Shown: positions 29,228-38,848 of the stretch, in pieces
How the letters are laid out: each line of letters begins with the position of its first letter
Numbering within the stretch: position 1 is the stretch's first letter
IMG/VR virus record: IMGVR_UViG_2912765049_000001
Coordinates: 64,001 to 128,000 of that record
From: a virus
Taxonomy: Duplodnaviria > Caudoviricetes
Length of the DNA: 64,000 nucleotides
Direction: 5' to 3' (one strand)
Translations under genes and position numbers: made by a program
The notes under the pieces: generated by a model
The model's input: only the letters and a program-made list of their open reading frames with translations
Database searches by the model: none
Told to the model about the DNA's origin: nothing

Positions 29228-29611
29228 CTAGAGGCGGTGATCCCGGCGGGTGTGCGCCCGGGTGCGCTGTTCGTGCAGTGCTCGGGGGATGAGGCCGACC
29301 TTCACGCCGTAGCCGTGCTGGCCGTCGGGGACGTGATCGCGTTCGTGGGCGATCAGCTCGCAGCCGGGGCAGCGGGAGGTGGTGCCGACGTACGCGAAGC
29401 GGTCGCCGCCGGCGTCCTCGTCCCACTCGTCGTGCCGGGTGCCGCAGTCGGGGCAGGTGAGCCGCTGCAGCTCCCGGTAGGCGAGGGCCTTGGCCCGGTC
29501 GACCGGCGTCCAGGTGCCGTCACCGCCGAGGAAGGCGCTGTGCGGGATCCCCCAGCGGTCGCACAGCTCCAGCTCGGCCCTCAGCTGCGGGTCGGCCCGG
29601 AGCCTTTTCCC
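29228..29611 (-). CDS. Tail assembly chaperone, -1 frameshift extension (gpGT-like)
   Basis: Slippery G GGA AAA at 29611-29605; the -1 frame reads RLRADPQLRAELELCDRWGIPHS...CPDC...CPGC to TAG at 29228-29230. Confidence 0.85.
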   Translation of the reverse strand, partial: GKRLRADPQLRAELELCDRWGIPHSAFLGGDGTWTPVDRAKALAYRELQRLTCPDCGTRHDEWDEDAGGDRFAYVGTTSRCPGCELIAHERDHVPDGQHGYGVKVGLIPRALHEQRTRAHTRRDHRL

Positions 29612-30150
29612 CAGTCGCTGCGCTTGGTGTTCTGCGCGGCGAGCGCGGCCTGGAAGAGTTCGACACGGTCGGCCATGCCCCAGGAGGCGAGCAGATCGGT
29701 GGCCTCGTCCTCGCTCATGCCGTCCACGCTGGCGGCGGAGATGAGGGCGGCGGGGAAGGTGTCCTCGTTCCAGTCGGAGCCGGACTCGGCCTGTTCCTCC
29801 GTCGGCGGGTGCTCCTTGACCAGCTCGGCGAAGGCGTCACCGGGCAGGGCGCGGAAGGTGAGGACCTCGCAGTCGGCCTCGTACGCGGCGCGGGCCTCCT
29901 CGAGGGCGGCCTCGGCCGCCTTCGCCTCCTTGGCCAGGGCGTCGTTGCCCGGGTCGGCGTCGACGAGCTGGCGGAGGTTCTTCGCCTGCCGCAGGGCTTC
30001 CTCGAAGCGGTCGCGCAGGCCCTGGTCCTGCCACAGGTACAGGGGGACTTCGGCGGCCTTGCGGGCCCGCAGCCGGGCCATCTTCGCGGACCAGTGGGCA
30101 TCGGCGGCCACGGCGGCGGCCGGCGGCTCGGTGTGGACGGCGGCGCTCAC
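29581..30150 (-). CDS. Tail assembly chaperone (gpG-like)
   Basis: Lies between the major tail and tape measure genes; ends just after DWGK at the slippery site. Confidence 0.85.
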   Translation of the reverse strand: MSAAVHTEPPAAAVAADAHWSAKMARLRARKAAEVPLYLWQDQGLRDRFEEALRQAKNLRQLVDADPGNDALAKEAKAAEAALEEARAAYEADCEVLTFRALPGDAFAELVKEHPPTEEQAESGSDWNEDTFPAALISAASVDGMSEDEATDLLASWGMADRVELFQAALAAQNTKRSDWGKGSGPTRS

Positions 30151-30686
30151 GACGTCAGCTCCTTCTTCGTGCTGTTGGTCGCGGTGTTGCCGACGGCCGG
30201 GACGGCCAGGCCCTGGGCCGGGCGGCGGGTGATGGTGAACTTCGTCTCGAACTTCGCCGCTTCGTTGTCGGTGGTGAAGGCGGGCGACTGGGAGCCGACG
30301 CGGACCGGGAACACGTCCATCGACTTCGAGTTAGGGACGTCGCCCTTGCGGAGGATGACGACGTAGCCGATGGTCCCCTTCTTCAGGAGCTGCTCGATCT
30401 CGTCGCTGACCTTGTCCTCGTAGAAGGTGAACGAGGAGTCCTCGGCCTTGTCGGATCCGGGGATGGAGGAATCGAAGTCGTCGCCCATGTCGGGCGTCTC
30501 GATGCTCTGGTTCTCCAGCGTGAAGCCGGAGATGTTGGCGATCGCCGCGGACAGGTTGGTGCTGCCGTCGAGTTCGGCGCGGGTCGGCTTGAGGTTCGCC
30601 GCGTCGGCGATGGTCGGCAGCCACAGGAAGATGGAGACGCCACGGCGGCTGTACTTCTCAACCGTCTTGGCGGTGGGCAGTGCCAT
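30147..30686 (-). CDS. Major tail (tube) protein
   Basis: KPTRAEL, ISGFT, IETPD, IPG, GYVVILRKG pattern; position. Confidence 0.82.
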   Translation of the reverse strand: MALPTAKTVEKYSRRGVSIFLWLPTIADAANLKPTRAELDGSTNLSAAIANISGFTLENQSIETPDMGDDFDSSIPGSDKAEDSSFTFYEDKVSDEIEQLLKKGTIGYVVILRKGDVPNSKSMDVFPVRVGSQSPAFTTDNEAAKFETKFTITRRPAQGLAVPAVGNTATNSTKKELTS

Positions 30687-30787
30687 GGGATGGGCCCCTC
30701 GGGTCTGCGCGTCAGTGCAGGTCGGTCACCAGGTGCTGGTGCCGTGTCCGCGAAAGGGGCCGCCGCGGTGCGGGGTGGCGAGCCGGG

Positions 30788-31222
30788 CTAGCCGGTCGCC
30801 GGGGTCCAGCGGAGCTGGAATCTGATCACATAAGAAACGATAACGGCGGCCGGGTCGTCCTCCGGGCCAGCGTCTAGAGCCAGTTCGCGGGCGTAGCAGC
30901 TGAAGCCCGGCACCGTGAGGGCGTGCAGCCAGGCCCCGTCGGTGTCGCGTCCGAGGACGGCGGTGCGGACGCGGTCGGCGAGCCATTCCGCCTGGGCGTG
31001 GGTGCGGGCCACGCAGTCGACCTGGTAGTAGGTGTCGCTGTCCTCATGCCGGTCGGTGAACGGGGCCCCGTCCAGGGTGAGGGTGAGGGAGCGCAGTACG
31101 GAGTACGGCGGCTCGGCCGGCTTGCCGTCGACCTGGGGCAGCGCCCCGGCGCCGCACGGCTTGCCGGTCGCGGTAGCGAGCAGTGCCCCCAGTGCCTGGG
31201 ATACGAGGCGGCGTTCGATCAT
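30788..31222 (-). CDS. Tail terminator protein
   Basis: PPYSVL, YQVDCVART, AEWLADRVR; position. Confidence 0.7.
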   Translation of the reverse strand: MIERRLVSQALGALLATATGKPCGAGALPQVDGKPAEPPYSVLRSLTLTLDGAPFTDRHEDSDTYYQVDCVARTHAQAEWLADRVRTAVLGRDTDGAWLHALTVPGFSCYARELALDAGPEDDPAAVIVSYVIRFQLRWTPATG

Positions 31223-31626
31223 TCGAAGGCCCCCATCGCGGCGGTGGCGATCCGTTCGGCGAAGCGGGGCTGGATCAGGGCGAGCGCCGGGGTGACGTGC
31301 GGGAAGGGCGGCTGGGCGTAGATCCGGCCGAGGGAGTCGGCGCCGTAGAAGCCGAGTTCCAGGCGGCGGGCCTGGGGGGCGAAGGTGCCCACCGTGGCGG
31401 TGGCGCCGTGTCGGCGGGGGCGGACCTGGACCTGCCAACTGGCCCGGTAGCGGCCGGTGATGACGTTCGGGCCGGGCCGTCCGCTGGCGGCGGCCTGGAT
31501 GAGGGCCTGCAAGACCATGGCCTCGTGGCCGACGGCGCGCGCGGTGGCCGGTCCGACCCGGGCGGCGGCCTGGGCCATGGCGGCGGCGAGCTGGTCGGGG
31601 TCGGTGAAGCGCCGGGCGGGGCTCAT
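31219..31626 (-). CDS. HK97 gp10-like neck/tail protein
   Basis: GPNVITGRYRASW, ARRLELGF, QPPFPH. Confidence 0.75.
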   Translation of the reverse strand: MSPARRFTDPDQLAAAMAQAAARVGPATARAVGHEAMVLQALIQAAASGRPGPNVITGRYRASWQVQVRPRRHGATATVGTFAPQARRLELGFYGADSLGRIYAQPPFPHVTPALALIQPRFAERIATAAMGAFE

Positions 31627-32051
31627 GGGCTGGCCCCTCGCGGGTTGTTCTCGTCCAGCCAGGTCACGCGGACGGCGATGACGGTGGCGGCCAGGCCCGG
31701 CTGGGCGCAGCGCCAGGTCCGTCCGACCAGCGCCGGGTCCTGGGCGGCGCGCAGCACACGGACGGTGTCGTCGCGGGCGGCGACCGGGGCGTCGACGGGG
31801 GTCAGCAGCCGGTAGGTGGTCTTGGGGTCGTCCGGGTAGGGCTGGCCGGCGACGGGCACGGTGATGCCGGGGGCGGCGGTGTCGTCGAGGACGGCGCCGG
31901 GACCCTCGTACACCACGTGCGGAGGCGGGGCCTCGAGGTCGCCGGTGTCCGGGTTGAGGATGGGGGGCCCGGCCGGGCGGCTGATCTGGATGGTGTCGCC
32001 CATCATGAGGTCCTCGACGAGCGCGCCGAGGAAGCGGAGGTCGAGGGTCAT
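31623..32051 (-). CDS. Head closure / stopper protein (DUF6093-like)
   Basis: LMMGDTIQISRP..NPDTG..VVYEGPG. Confidence 0.65.
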   Translation of the reverse strand: MTLDLRFLGALVEDLMMGDTIQISRPAGPPILNPDTGDLEAPPPHVVYEGPGAVLDDTAAPGITVPVAGQPYPDDPKTTYRLLTPVDAPVAARDDTVRVLRAAQDPALVGRTWRCAQPGLAATVIAVRVTWLDENNPRGASP

Positions 32052-32428
32052 GGGCGGCCTCCGGCCCACTCGGTGAGCTGGCGGAGCATGGCGGTGGTCA
32101 GTTCGGTGGGGCTGCCGTCGAGGTCGTCGCGGTTGAGGGCGGCCTGCTGCAGGCGGGACGGGTCGATGCCGGCCAGGAAGGCCACGATGGCGTCGGTGGG
32201 CGGGACTTCGCTGGCGACGGCGACCTGGGCGTAGCCGTCGAAGACGGCGGCGTCGACCGGCGGGCGGACGTACAGCACGAGCAGCGGGGGCTGGTTGGCG
32301 CGGTGCTCGAGGGTGTAGCCGGACAGCGACGCGGAGACCTCGTGCCCGGCGAGGGTGACGCCGGCGCGCACTCCGTCGGTGGTGATGCGGACGGAGTGCA
32401 GGTCGTCGGCCAGGCTGGGTTCCTGCAT
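32048..32428 (-). CDS. Hypothetical phage protein
   Basis: Coupled ORF in the late operon with good codon bias. Confidence 0.6.
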   Translation of the reverse strand: MQEPSLADDLHSVRITTDGVRAGVTLAGHEVSASLSGYTLEHRANQPPLLVLYVRPPVDAAVFDGYAQVAVASEVPPTDAIVAFLAGIDPSRLQQAALNRDDLDGSPTELTTAMLRQLTEWAGGRP

Positions 32429-32470
32429 GGCGGGGAGTCCTCGTCTCTCGGTGGCGGTGGTGGCGGGTGG

Positions 32471-32692
32471 CTACTCGGGGTCGTCGGTGTCGTCCGCTTC
32501 CGGGGGCGGGTCGGCGCGTTCGGTGTCGGTGCTGACGGCGAACCCGAAGGGGACGTCGTCGGCGGGCGGTTCGGCGGGCAGGGCCTGAAGCAGGCGCAGC
32601 GCGGTGGTCTCGGCGGCCTTGAGGGCGGCGGTGCTGTTCTGGCCGACTTCGATCTCGATCTCGCGGCCGGGGGCGCGGACGATCAGGCGCAT
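32471..32692 (-). CDS. Hypothetical phage protein
   Basis: Overlapping ORF in the late operon. Confidence 0.55.
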   Translation of the reverse strand: MRLIVRAPGREIEIEVGQNSTAALKAAETTALRLLQALPAEPPADDVPFGFAVSTDTERADPPPEADDTDDPE

Positions 32693-32958
32693 CGGCTGCC
32701 GTCCTCACCGATGGTGGGCCAGTGCCAGGTGCCGGGGGCCAGCGGTGTGGCGTCGGCGTGCGGCAGGGGGCCGCTGAAGAAGAAGCCCTCGGGGCTGAAG
32801 ACGACGAGGACGGGCTGTCCGGCGTCGTCGACGGCGGTGACGAGCGCGGCACGGCAGGTGCTGGGGTAGCGGCCGTCGGCGCTGCCGCGGGAGACGTAGT
32901 GGACGATCCGGCCGATGACCAGGGGCTGGTCGGTTCTCGGGGCGGTCGGGGCGCTCAT
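32683..32958 (-). CDS. Hypothetical phage protein (IGRIVHYV...CRAALVT...GTWHWP family)
   Basis: Motif typical of small phage head-region proteins; ATGA overlap. Confidence 0.65.
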   Translation of the reverse strand: MSAPTAPRTDQPLVIGRIVHYVSRGSADGRYPSTCRAALVTAVDDAGQPVLVVFSPEGFFFSGPLPHADATPLAPGTWHWPTIGEDGSRCA

Positions 32959-33803
32959 ACGGGTTGTCCCTCCTCGATGGCGGGGTCGTGGTTGAGGTCC
33001 GGGCGGGGGATGAAGCGGCGCAGGCATCCCGGATGGGCGATCGGGTAGATGGCGGCTTCCTCGGCGGAGCGGAGGGTGTCGTGGGCGCGGTCGGGTTCGG
33101 GATGGCTGGTCCACCCGCACTCGGGGCCGTCGGTGACCTGCACCCAGCGGGCCTCGAGGTCGGCGGTGGTGGCGGTGAGCGCGCCGGTGTTAGCGACGGT
33201 GACGGACTGCGCGGACAGCGCGGCCCGGGCCCAGGAGGCGGCCGGGTGCTGGGTGCCGCGGCCGTAAGGGACGGTGTCCAGCGGGTGCTGGGTGGCCAGG
33301 TCGTCCGTGGTGGGCGGATCAAGAGCGCGGGCGGCGGCGGTGGCGGCCCGGGCGAACGCCTGGGCCCGGCGGACGATGTCGGTGATGCGGCGGATGAGGA
33401 CCGGGTAGCAGGCCGCGGTCAGGACGGACAGCACGTCCTGGTGGGTTGGGCTCCACTCGAAGGCCGGCCTGCGGGCGTCCGGTGTGAGCAGGGCGGAGCG
33501 CAGCGCGTCCTCGGCGCCGAGCCGGTAGGCCCTGGGCAGGTCGACGGCGGTCCACCGTTCGACGAGCGCGCCGACGTCGGTGTTGAAGCGGGCGGTCGCC
33601 GCGGTGAAGGCGGCCAGCGCCGTACGGACGGCGGGCGGTACGGCGCCGGGCCGGGCGCCGCGGCGCCGCGCGCTGGACAGGGCCCGCAGGACGGTCTGCT
33701 GAGCGGTGGTCAGCAGCAGCCAGTCGGCCTCGAGTTGGCGTTGGGCGGCTGCGATGAGCTGGCCGAGGGCCTCGTCGCGGGTGGTTTCGCGCGGGGTGCT
33801 CAT
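32955..33803 (-). CDS. Minor capsid / head morphogenesis protein (MuF-like)
   Basis: C-terminal VTDGPECGW..H and IAHPGCLRRF. Confidence 0.7.
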   Translation of the reverse strand: MSTPRETTRDEALGQLIAAAQRQLEADWLLLTTAQQTVLRALSSARRRGARPGAVPPAVRTALAAFTAATARFNTDVGALVERWTAVDLPRAYRLGAEDALRSALLTPDARRPAFEWSPTHQDVLSVLTAACYPVLIRRITDIVRRAQAFARAATAAARALDPPTTDDLATQHPLDTVPYGRGTQHPAASWARAALSAQSVTVANTGALTATTADLEARWVQVTDGPECGWTSHPEPDRAHDTLRSAEEAAIYPIAHPGCLRRFIPRPDLNHDPAIEEGQPV

Positions 33804-34132
33804 CGGCGGGGCCGCTCGCGCAGGTACAGCACGCCGCCGCCCGGGCCGTCGCCGTCGCCAGGGGTCTCCTCGCCGGGGACGGGCGTGGCGGGGTCCTCCA
33901 GCTCTTCGATCTGCCGGTCCAAGGCGGCCACGTTGCCGCTGGTGTCGACGGAGACGACGCCGGACAGTGACACCTTCAGCGGCTGGGCAAGCAGCGTCGC
34001 GCGGCGTTCGCGCAGCACCTCGAGCGCCACGGCGCGCAGCGAGTGCAGGCGGGCGTAGCGCTGGTCGAGGTCGGTGGTGTCGGTGGCCGGGCCGAGCGTG
34101 GCCAGCAGCCAGCGGCGGGAGGCGTCGTCCAT
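33800..34132 (-). CDS. Head-tail adaptor-like protein
   Basis: 110-aa helical protein downstream of the capsid gene. Confidence 0.6.
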   Translation of the reverse strand: MDDASRRWLLATLGPATDTTDLDQRYARLHSLRAVALEVLRERRATLLAQPLKVSLSGVVSVDTSGNVAALDRQIEELEDPATPVPGEETPGDGDGPGGGVLYLRERPRR

Positions 34133-34223
34133 GGGGCAGCCCCAGACGGGTGGGAAGAAAAGGGGGTCCGGTACGGGCCGGGTGAGGACGGGCCCGGCCC
34201 GTACCGGACGGCGAGGGGCCGGG

Positions 34224-34514
34224 TTACTCCTCGGCCTTGGCGGTGGTGCGCCGGGTGCGCGGCTTGTTCTCCGGCTTCGGTTCCGGCTCGGCCGGCTCCT
34301 GGGCAGCGGGCTCCTGCCCGCCCCCGCCCGCGCCCGGGTCGGGCGCCGCCGGGGTGTCCGCCGGGTCGGGCTCGGGCACCTCGCCGTTCTCCCACGCGGA
34401 CGGGGTGCGGATGAGCTGGGCCAGGTGCGGCTCCGGCTCGGTTCCGGCCTCGCAGATGACCCACTCGTGCGAGGTCGGGTCCTTGACGTAGACGGTGGAG
34501 AGGAGTCGGGGCAC
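34224..34514 (-). CDS. Hypothetical Pro/Glu-rich protein after the capsid gene
   Basis: GTG 2 nt after the capsid stop (VPRLLSTVYVKDP...). Confidence 0.6.
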   Translation of the reverse strand: MPRLLSTVYVKDPTSHEWVICEAGTEPEPHLAQLIRTPSAWENGEVPEPDPADTPAAPDPGAGGGGQEPAAQEPAEPEPKPENKPRTRRTTAKAEE

Positions 34515-34516
34515 GG

Positions 34517-35587
34517 TCACCACACCCGCGCGGCCATGTGGATGTCCGGCACGTACATCACCGGCATGGCGGAGGCCGCGACCTTGGTCCACACGGTGAC
34601 CGGGTCGTCGGTGTAGCCGTGGGTGACGACGATGCCGGGCGCGTCCTCCCGCAGGATCGCGGGGTTGGTGCCGCGGGACAGCACGAGCGACTCGGCGGTG
34701 ATGCCGTACTGCGTCTCGCCCCACTGGCGCGGGTTGGGCGGCAGCATCAGCCACAGGTTCTCCGGCAGTACCCGCGGGTTGGTGCCGTCGTCCAGGGGGA
34801 TCTGCACGTCGTACACGGTGATCGGCGGCAGCCCGTACCGCGCACGCACGGCGTCGACCTCGTTGGGGGCGAGGACGGCGGTGGGGATCTGCGAGCCGAG
34901 CAGCGACCCGTAGTAGGCCGCCCGGTAGGACTGGTTGCCCGCGAGGAGGCTCTTGGCCTTGAAGGACGTGAAGATCCGGGTGGGCAGCGGTGCCCGGGCG
35001 TCGCGCAGCGCCTGGATCCAGCGCATCTCGTCCGCGAGGGCGTCGGCGGTCGGGTCGGTCCACGGCACCGGAGCGGTGGGCATGTGGGCGGCCGGCACCT
35101 GGGCGTCGTACTCGATGTACAGGTTGTTCTCGCCCTTGAGCGTGAACTTGCCGTCGGCCAGCAGGTCACCGGCGGCCAGCTCCATGCGGGAGCGGATGGA
35201 CAGCACGTGCGCGGCGACGTCGTCGTACACGGCCTGGACCAGCTCGTCGGAGTTGGCGCCGCGGTCGGCGTCGAGGAGGATCTGCTCCATCTCGCCCACG
35301 AGGTACTTCTGGCCGAGTGGCGGGAGCTTGCCCTCGGTCTCGACCATGGTGATCTCGCGGGTCGCGATGGGCGTGGTCGCGTCCCAGGCGCGGTACTTGG
35401 CCGCCGGCACCCGGCGGTTGGTCCGCTTCACCCTCCACTTGACGGTGTTGAGGCGGACTTCCGGCAGCACGCTGCGGGTCAGCTCGTAGTCCTCCGGCCC
35501 GGGGATCGCGCGGACGAACGCGTTGATGTCGGTCGCCGTGAGCTCCCGGAGCAGGAGCTCGAGCATGTCGTGCATCTCGGTCGGCAT
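34517..35587 (-). CDS. Major capsid protein (lambda gpE-like)
   Basis: 356 aa from MPTEMHD; KLPPLGQK, SRMELAAG, DPVTVWTK...MPV; position. Confidence 0.85.
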   Translation of the reverse strand: MPTEMHDMLELLLRELTATDINAFVRAIPGPEDYELTRSVLPEVRLNTVKWRVKRTNRRVPAAKYRAWDATTPIATREITMVETEGKLPPLGQKYLVGEMEQILLDADRGANSDELVQAVYDDVAAHVLSIRSRMELAAGDLLADGKFTLKGENNLYIEYDAQVPAAHMPTAPVPWTDPTADALADEMRWIQALRDARAPLPTRIFTSFKAKSLLAGNQSYRAAYYGSLLGSQIPTAVLAPNEVDAVRARYGLPPITVYDVQIPLDDGTNPRVLPENLWLMLPPNPRQWGETQYGITAESLVLSRGTNPAILREDAPGIVVTHGYTDDPVTVWTKVAASAMPVMYVPDIHMAARVW

Positions 35588-35601
35588 GACGGGGCTCCCT
35601 C

Positions 35602-36012
35602 TCAGGATGCGTAGGTGACGGAGGCGGTGGTCTTCTTCACGGCGGTCGCGTCGAAGGCGACCGGGAGCTTCGCCGGGGCGACGAGGCCGTGGATGCGCAG
35701 CGCGGCGCCGATGCGGGTGGCGCCGACGCCGAAGGCGGTCTCGGTGTCGAGGAAGCCGGCGAGGACCTCGTGGCCGTCGGTCGCGGCCGGGTCGTACGGC
35801 TCGTACAGGCCGCTGGTGGCGTTGCGGGCCAGCGGCAGGCCGGACTTGAAATGCGCCTCGACGGTCTTGATGCCGCGCACCCAGTGGGTGTTCTCCGCGA
35901 ACTTCGCAACGTCGAGGGTGATCGTCTGGTTGGTCTCGGTGCCGTGGCTGGACAGCAGCCAGGGGCGACCGACCCGCAGGCTCTGAGTGGTGGTGATCGG
36001 CTGGATATCCAT
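35602..36012 (-). CDS. Head decoration protein
   Basis: KSGLPLAR..TSGLYEPYD...LAGFL...HGLV...KLP. Confidence 0.8.
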   Translation of the reverse strand: MDIQPITTTQSLRVGRPWLLSSHGTETNQTITLDVAKFAENTHWVRGIKTVEAHFKSGLPLARNATSGLYEPYDPAATDGHEVLAGFLDTETAFGVGATRIGAALRIHGLVAPAKLPVAFDATAVKKTTASVTYAS

Positions 36013-36142
36013 GCCGGGGTCGTCCTCCCGTGGGACGGGCGCAGCAGAAGAGCGGGGCACCGCAGTTGGTGCCGTCGTCCACGGGGAGGAAGGGGGTGGG
36101 CGTGGTCCCAGGGGTGGTGCGGTGGTGCGGAGCGGCGGCCGG

Positions 36143-36892
36143 TCAGGCCGCCTGGTCGCCGGTGCCGAACATGCGGGCGGCCATCGCGCGGCCGGCGTCG
36201 CCGGGCTTGCCGGTCGGGGCCTGGCGCTGCGGGGGTCCGCCGGCCGGGGAGCCGGACGGAGCGGGCGGGGTCTGGGGTGTGGGGGTGGGCGTCCCGAACA
36301 GGGCGGGGCGGCGCTTCTTGAGGTCCTTGGCCGCCTCCGCGATCGCATCGGCGTCGGCGTCCGGGGTCTCGGCGAGGGCCTTGTCCAGCAGCACGAGGGC
36401 GTCCTCGAGGTCCGCGTCGGCTGCACCGAGGCCGATGAGCGCAGAGGTGCGCTGCGCCTCCTGCAGCTTGGCCTGGGCCGCGGCCAGGGTCTCGGCGGCG
36501 GTGGTCTCCTTGGCGGTGATCGCCTTCTCCCGGTCGGCGAACGCGGCCTCCCGGCGCTGCTCTTCGGACAGCTGGGCTTCCTTGAGTTTCTTGGCGTCGC
36601 CGAGGACCTGCTTGATCTGCTCGGCGTCGACGCTGTCCGGGTCGAGACCGGCCTCCGCAGCGAGGTCGCGCAGCGCGGACTGCCTGCCCTGGTCCTTCTC
36701 CCGGGTCATCATCAGGCTCAGGCGCTTCTGGGTGACCGTGACGGTCTCCTCGTCGCTGCCCTGGCCGCTCTGGCGGTCGGCGACGTCCTTCGGCGTGGGG
36801 ACCGGCGGGGGCGAGGCCGGCGGGGCCGCGGGCGGGGCGGGGTTCGGAGCCGGGGCCGGCGGGATGGCCGGGGTGGGCGGTTCGTCGGGCAT
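36143..36892 (-). CDS. Capsid scaffolding protein
   Basis: Pro-rich N-terminus, charged coiled coil (KEAQLSEEQR), PALFG; between portal and capsid. Confidence 0.78.
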   Translation of the reverse strand: MPDEPPTPAIPPAPAPNPAPPAAPPASPPPVPTPKDVADRQSGQGSDEETVTVTQKRLSLMMTREKDQGRQSALRDLAAEAGLDPDSVDAEQIKQVLGDAKKLKEAQLSEEQRREAAFADREKAITAKETTAAETLAAAQAKLQEAQRTSALIGLGAADADLEDALVLLDKALAETPDADADAIAEAAKDLKKRRPALFGTPTPTPQTPPAPSGSPAGGPPQRQAPTGKPGDAGRAMAARMFGTGDQAA

Positions 36893-36926
36893 GTGGGTGT
36901 CCTCCACCGGTGCGCCCCCGCGCCGT

Positions 36927-38774
36927 CTACGAGTTTACGGGCGATCTTGACTGCTGCTGTCCCGCGTCAACTCCGGTGCCCTCCGCGGCCGGTAGGCCGC
37001 TGGGGCCGGGCAGGACCGGGGCGGGGATCTGCTCGGGGTCGGCGGGCTTCATGCCGAGGTAGTCGCGTACGGCGGCGGCATCACCGGTGGCGTCGGCGAG
37101 GGCGGCGGCCTGGTCGAAGGCGCGGGACTGGATGCGCTCGATCTCTTCCGGGATGTCCTCGATCGGCCAGCCGCCCTCGGCGAGCATCCGCAGCGCGGTC
37201 TCCAGGCTGATCAGCCGGGCCGCGTACGCGGTGGCGACCTCCTCGAGCACGCCCATGCGGTCGGTGGGGGTGTAAGCGCCGAAGACCATGTTCGCCGGGT
37301 GGACGCCGCGGCCGATCCAGTCGGGGTGCTGCCCGGCGATAAACAACCGCTGAACGAACCGCAGCAGGAGCTGGTACTTGTGCCGGCGGGCCAGGCGCAT
37401 GGCGGCGATCAGCTTGTCGAGCGGGCCGAGGGAGATCTTCAGGGCGTAGCCGGAAGGCAGCTGCGCCGGGTCCTGGGTGCCCAGTGCGATCGGGGGGAGG
37501 CGCAGGTTGACCGCTGCGCGCTCGCGCAGGGTCTCCACCGTGGCCAGGAGCTGGGCGAGTTGGGGTGCGGTGTTCACGACGTCCATGCGCCCGCCGTCGG
37601 CCAGCCGGAAGACGGTGCCGGGTTCGACCTGCACGCTGGCCCGGCCGTCCTGCAGGCCCGAGACGGACAGGATCGGGATGCCGGTGGTCGCCGAGGCGCG
37701 GGCCGCGTCGGTGTCGGATGCCGCCAGCTCGTCCATGATCTGAAGGACTGCCGCGAGGGACGCCTTACCCCAGTGCTCTTCGGCGCCGGGCACCGTGTTG
37801 GGCAGGTGGACCACCGGAATGAAGTCGATCAACAGGTCGAGGGCGTCGAGGACTTCGCCGTCGCCCCTCTGGGCGTAGGTGGCTTTGCCCATCGGCAGGT
37901 TGTCGACGTCGTCGGTGCGCTCGAGGTCTTCCAGCAGCCAGGTGGCGTCGGTGAGGTAGCAGGTGAGGTCGGACGGTTCGTCGTTCCAGGCGTACTGGCG
38001 CCAGATCCTGCCGTGCTCGTCGGCGGTGTCGCCCGGGGTGAGCTGCGGGTCGTCCTCGTCGCCGACGAAGGCACGCAGCGGCCGGCCGCGCCGGTCGGCG
38101 CCCGAGACGGTCGCCGGGCGGATGGGGCCGAGCTCGTAGGTGATGCGGCGCAGCCGCGCCTTGAGGCCGCGCCGTTTGTCCTCGGGGATCTCCCAGGCGA
38201 AGTGCACGCGGTGGGGGAACTCCCCGCCGTCGTCGCCCAGGATGGGGAAGTAGAAGCCGGGGTCCATGACGCGCACGACGGGGCGGCGCTTGTCGGGCTC
38301 CCAGGAGACCCGGTAGATGGCGTCCCCCAGGCCGACGGCCTTGCGCTCGGCCTGCTGCATCCGCATGGCCAGCTGCTCGTCCTCGGCCCAGGTGAGGAGG
38401 TCCTCCTGGACCGCGCGGGCTTCCTCGTCGAACGTGGTGGTGTCGTCCGGCTCCGTGCCGGCCACCACGATGCGCTGTTCGTCGCCGAGGACATCGGAGG
38501 TGATCGCGTCGACGAAGGCGGCCGGGTCGCCGTACTCGCGGCGTTCACGGGCGGAGGGCCCGTCGCGGACCTCGGCGAGTTCGCCGGCCTGGCCGCCGTC
38601 GTAGGCGGCGAGGACGGTGTACGCGGCGAGGCGGCGGGTGTCTTCCTCGGGCACCCAGGTGGCGTACGCGGACGGGAAGGCCCGCCGGTTGGGGTCGCCG
38701 GTGGTCGGATCGGCGTACACCGGCTTGAAGTTGAGCCAGCCCCAGGCGTCGATGAGGAATTGCCGCAGGCCCAC
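36927..38774 (-). CDS. Portal protein
   Basis: 615 aa; GLGDA, FIPVVHLPN, WGKASL, SGYAL, EEIERI. Confidence 0.82.
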   Translation of the reverse strand: MGLRQFLIDAWGWLNFKPVYADPTTGDPNRRAFPSAYATWVPEEDTRRLAAYTVLAAYDGGQAGELAEVRDGPSARERREYGDPAAFVDAITSDVLGDEQRIVVAGTEPDDTTTFDEEARAVQEDLLTWAEDEQLAMRMQQAERKAVGLGDAIYRVSWEPDKRRPVVRVMDPGFYFPILGDDGGEFPHRVHFAWEIPEDKRRGLKARLRRITYELGPIRPATVSGADRRGRPLRAFVGDEDDPQLTPGDTADEHGRIWRQYAWNDEPSDLTCYLTDATWLLEDLERTDDVDNLPMGKATYAQRGDGEVLDALDLLIDFIPVVHLPNTVPGAEEHWGKASLAAVLQIMDELAASDTDAARASATTGIPILSVSGLQDGRASVQVEPGTVFRLADGGRMDVVNTAPQLAQLLATVETLRERAAVNLRLPPIALGTQDPAQLPSGYALKISLGPLDKLIAAMRLARRHKYQLLLRFVQRLFIAGQHPDWIGRGVHPANMVFGAYTPTDRMGVLEEVATAYAARLISLETALRMLAEGGWPIEDIPEEIERIQSRAFDQAAALADATGDAAAVRDYLGMKPADPEQIPAPVLPGPSGLPAAEGTGVDAGQQQSRSPVNS

Positions 38775-38848
38775 GTCGTCCCTCCGGACAAGGTCGGCCC
38801 CGCGCCGTGATCAAGGATATCGGCGGGGGGCCGGAGGGGCTGCGGGCG

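Noticed and set aside
24012-29426. 2103-aa ORF 23115..29426 as one protein
   Set aside because: The Arg/Pro-rich part is an off-frame overlap of the tape measure gene; only 23115..24011 is a real gene
24014-30232. Very long + strand ORFs (also 10832..14188, 18600..21086, 55932..61004)
   Set aside because: Antisense shadows of well-supported minus-strand genes, expected in high-GC DNA; no recognisable motifs
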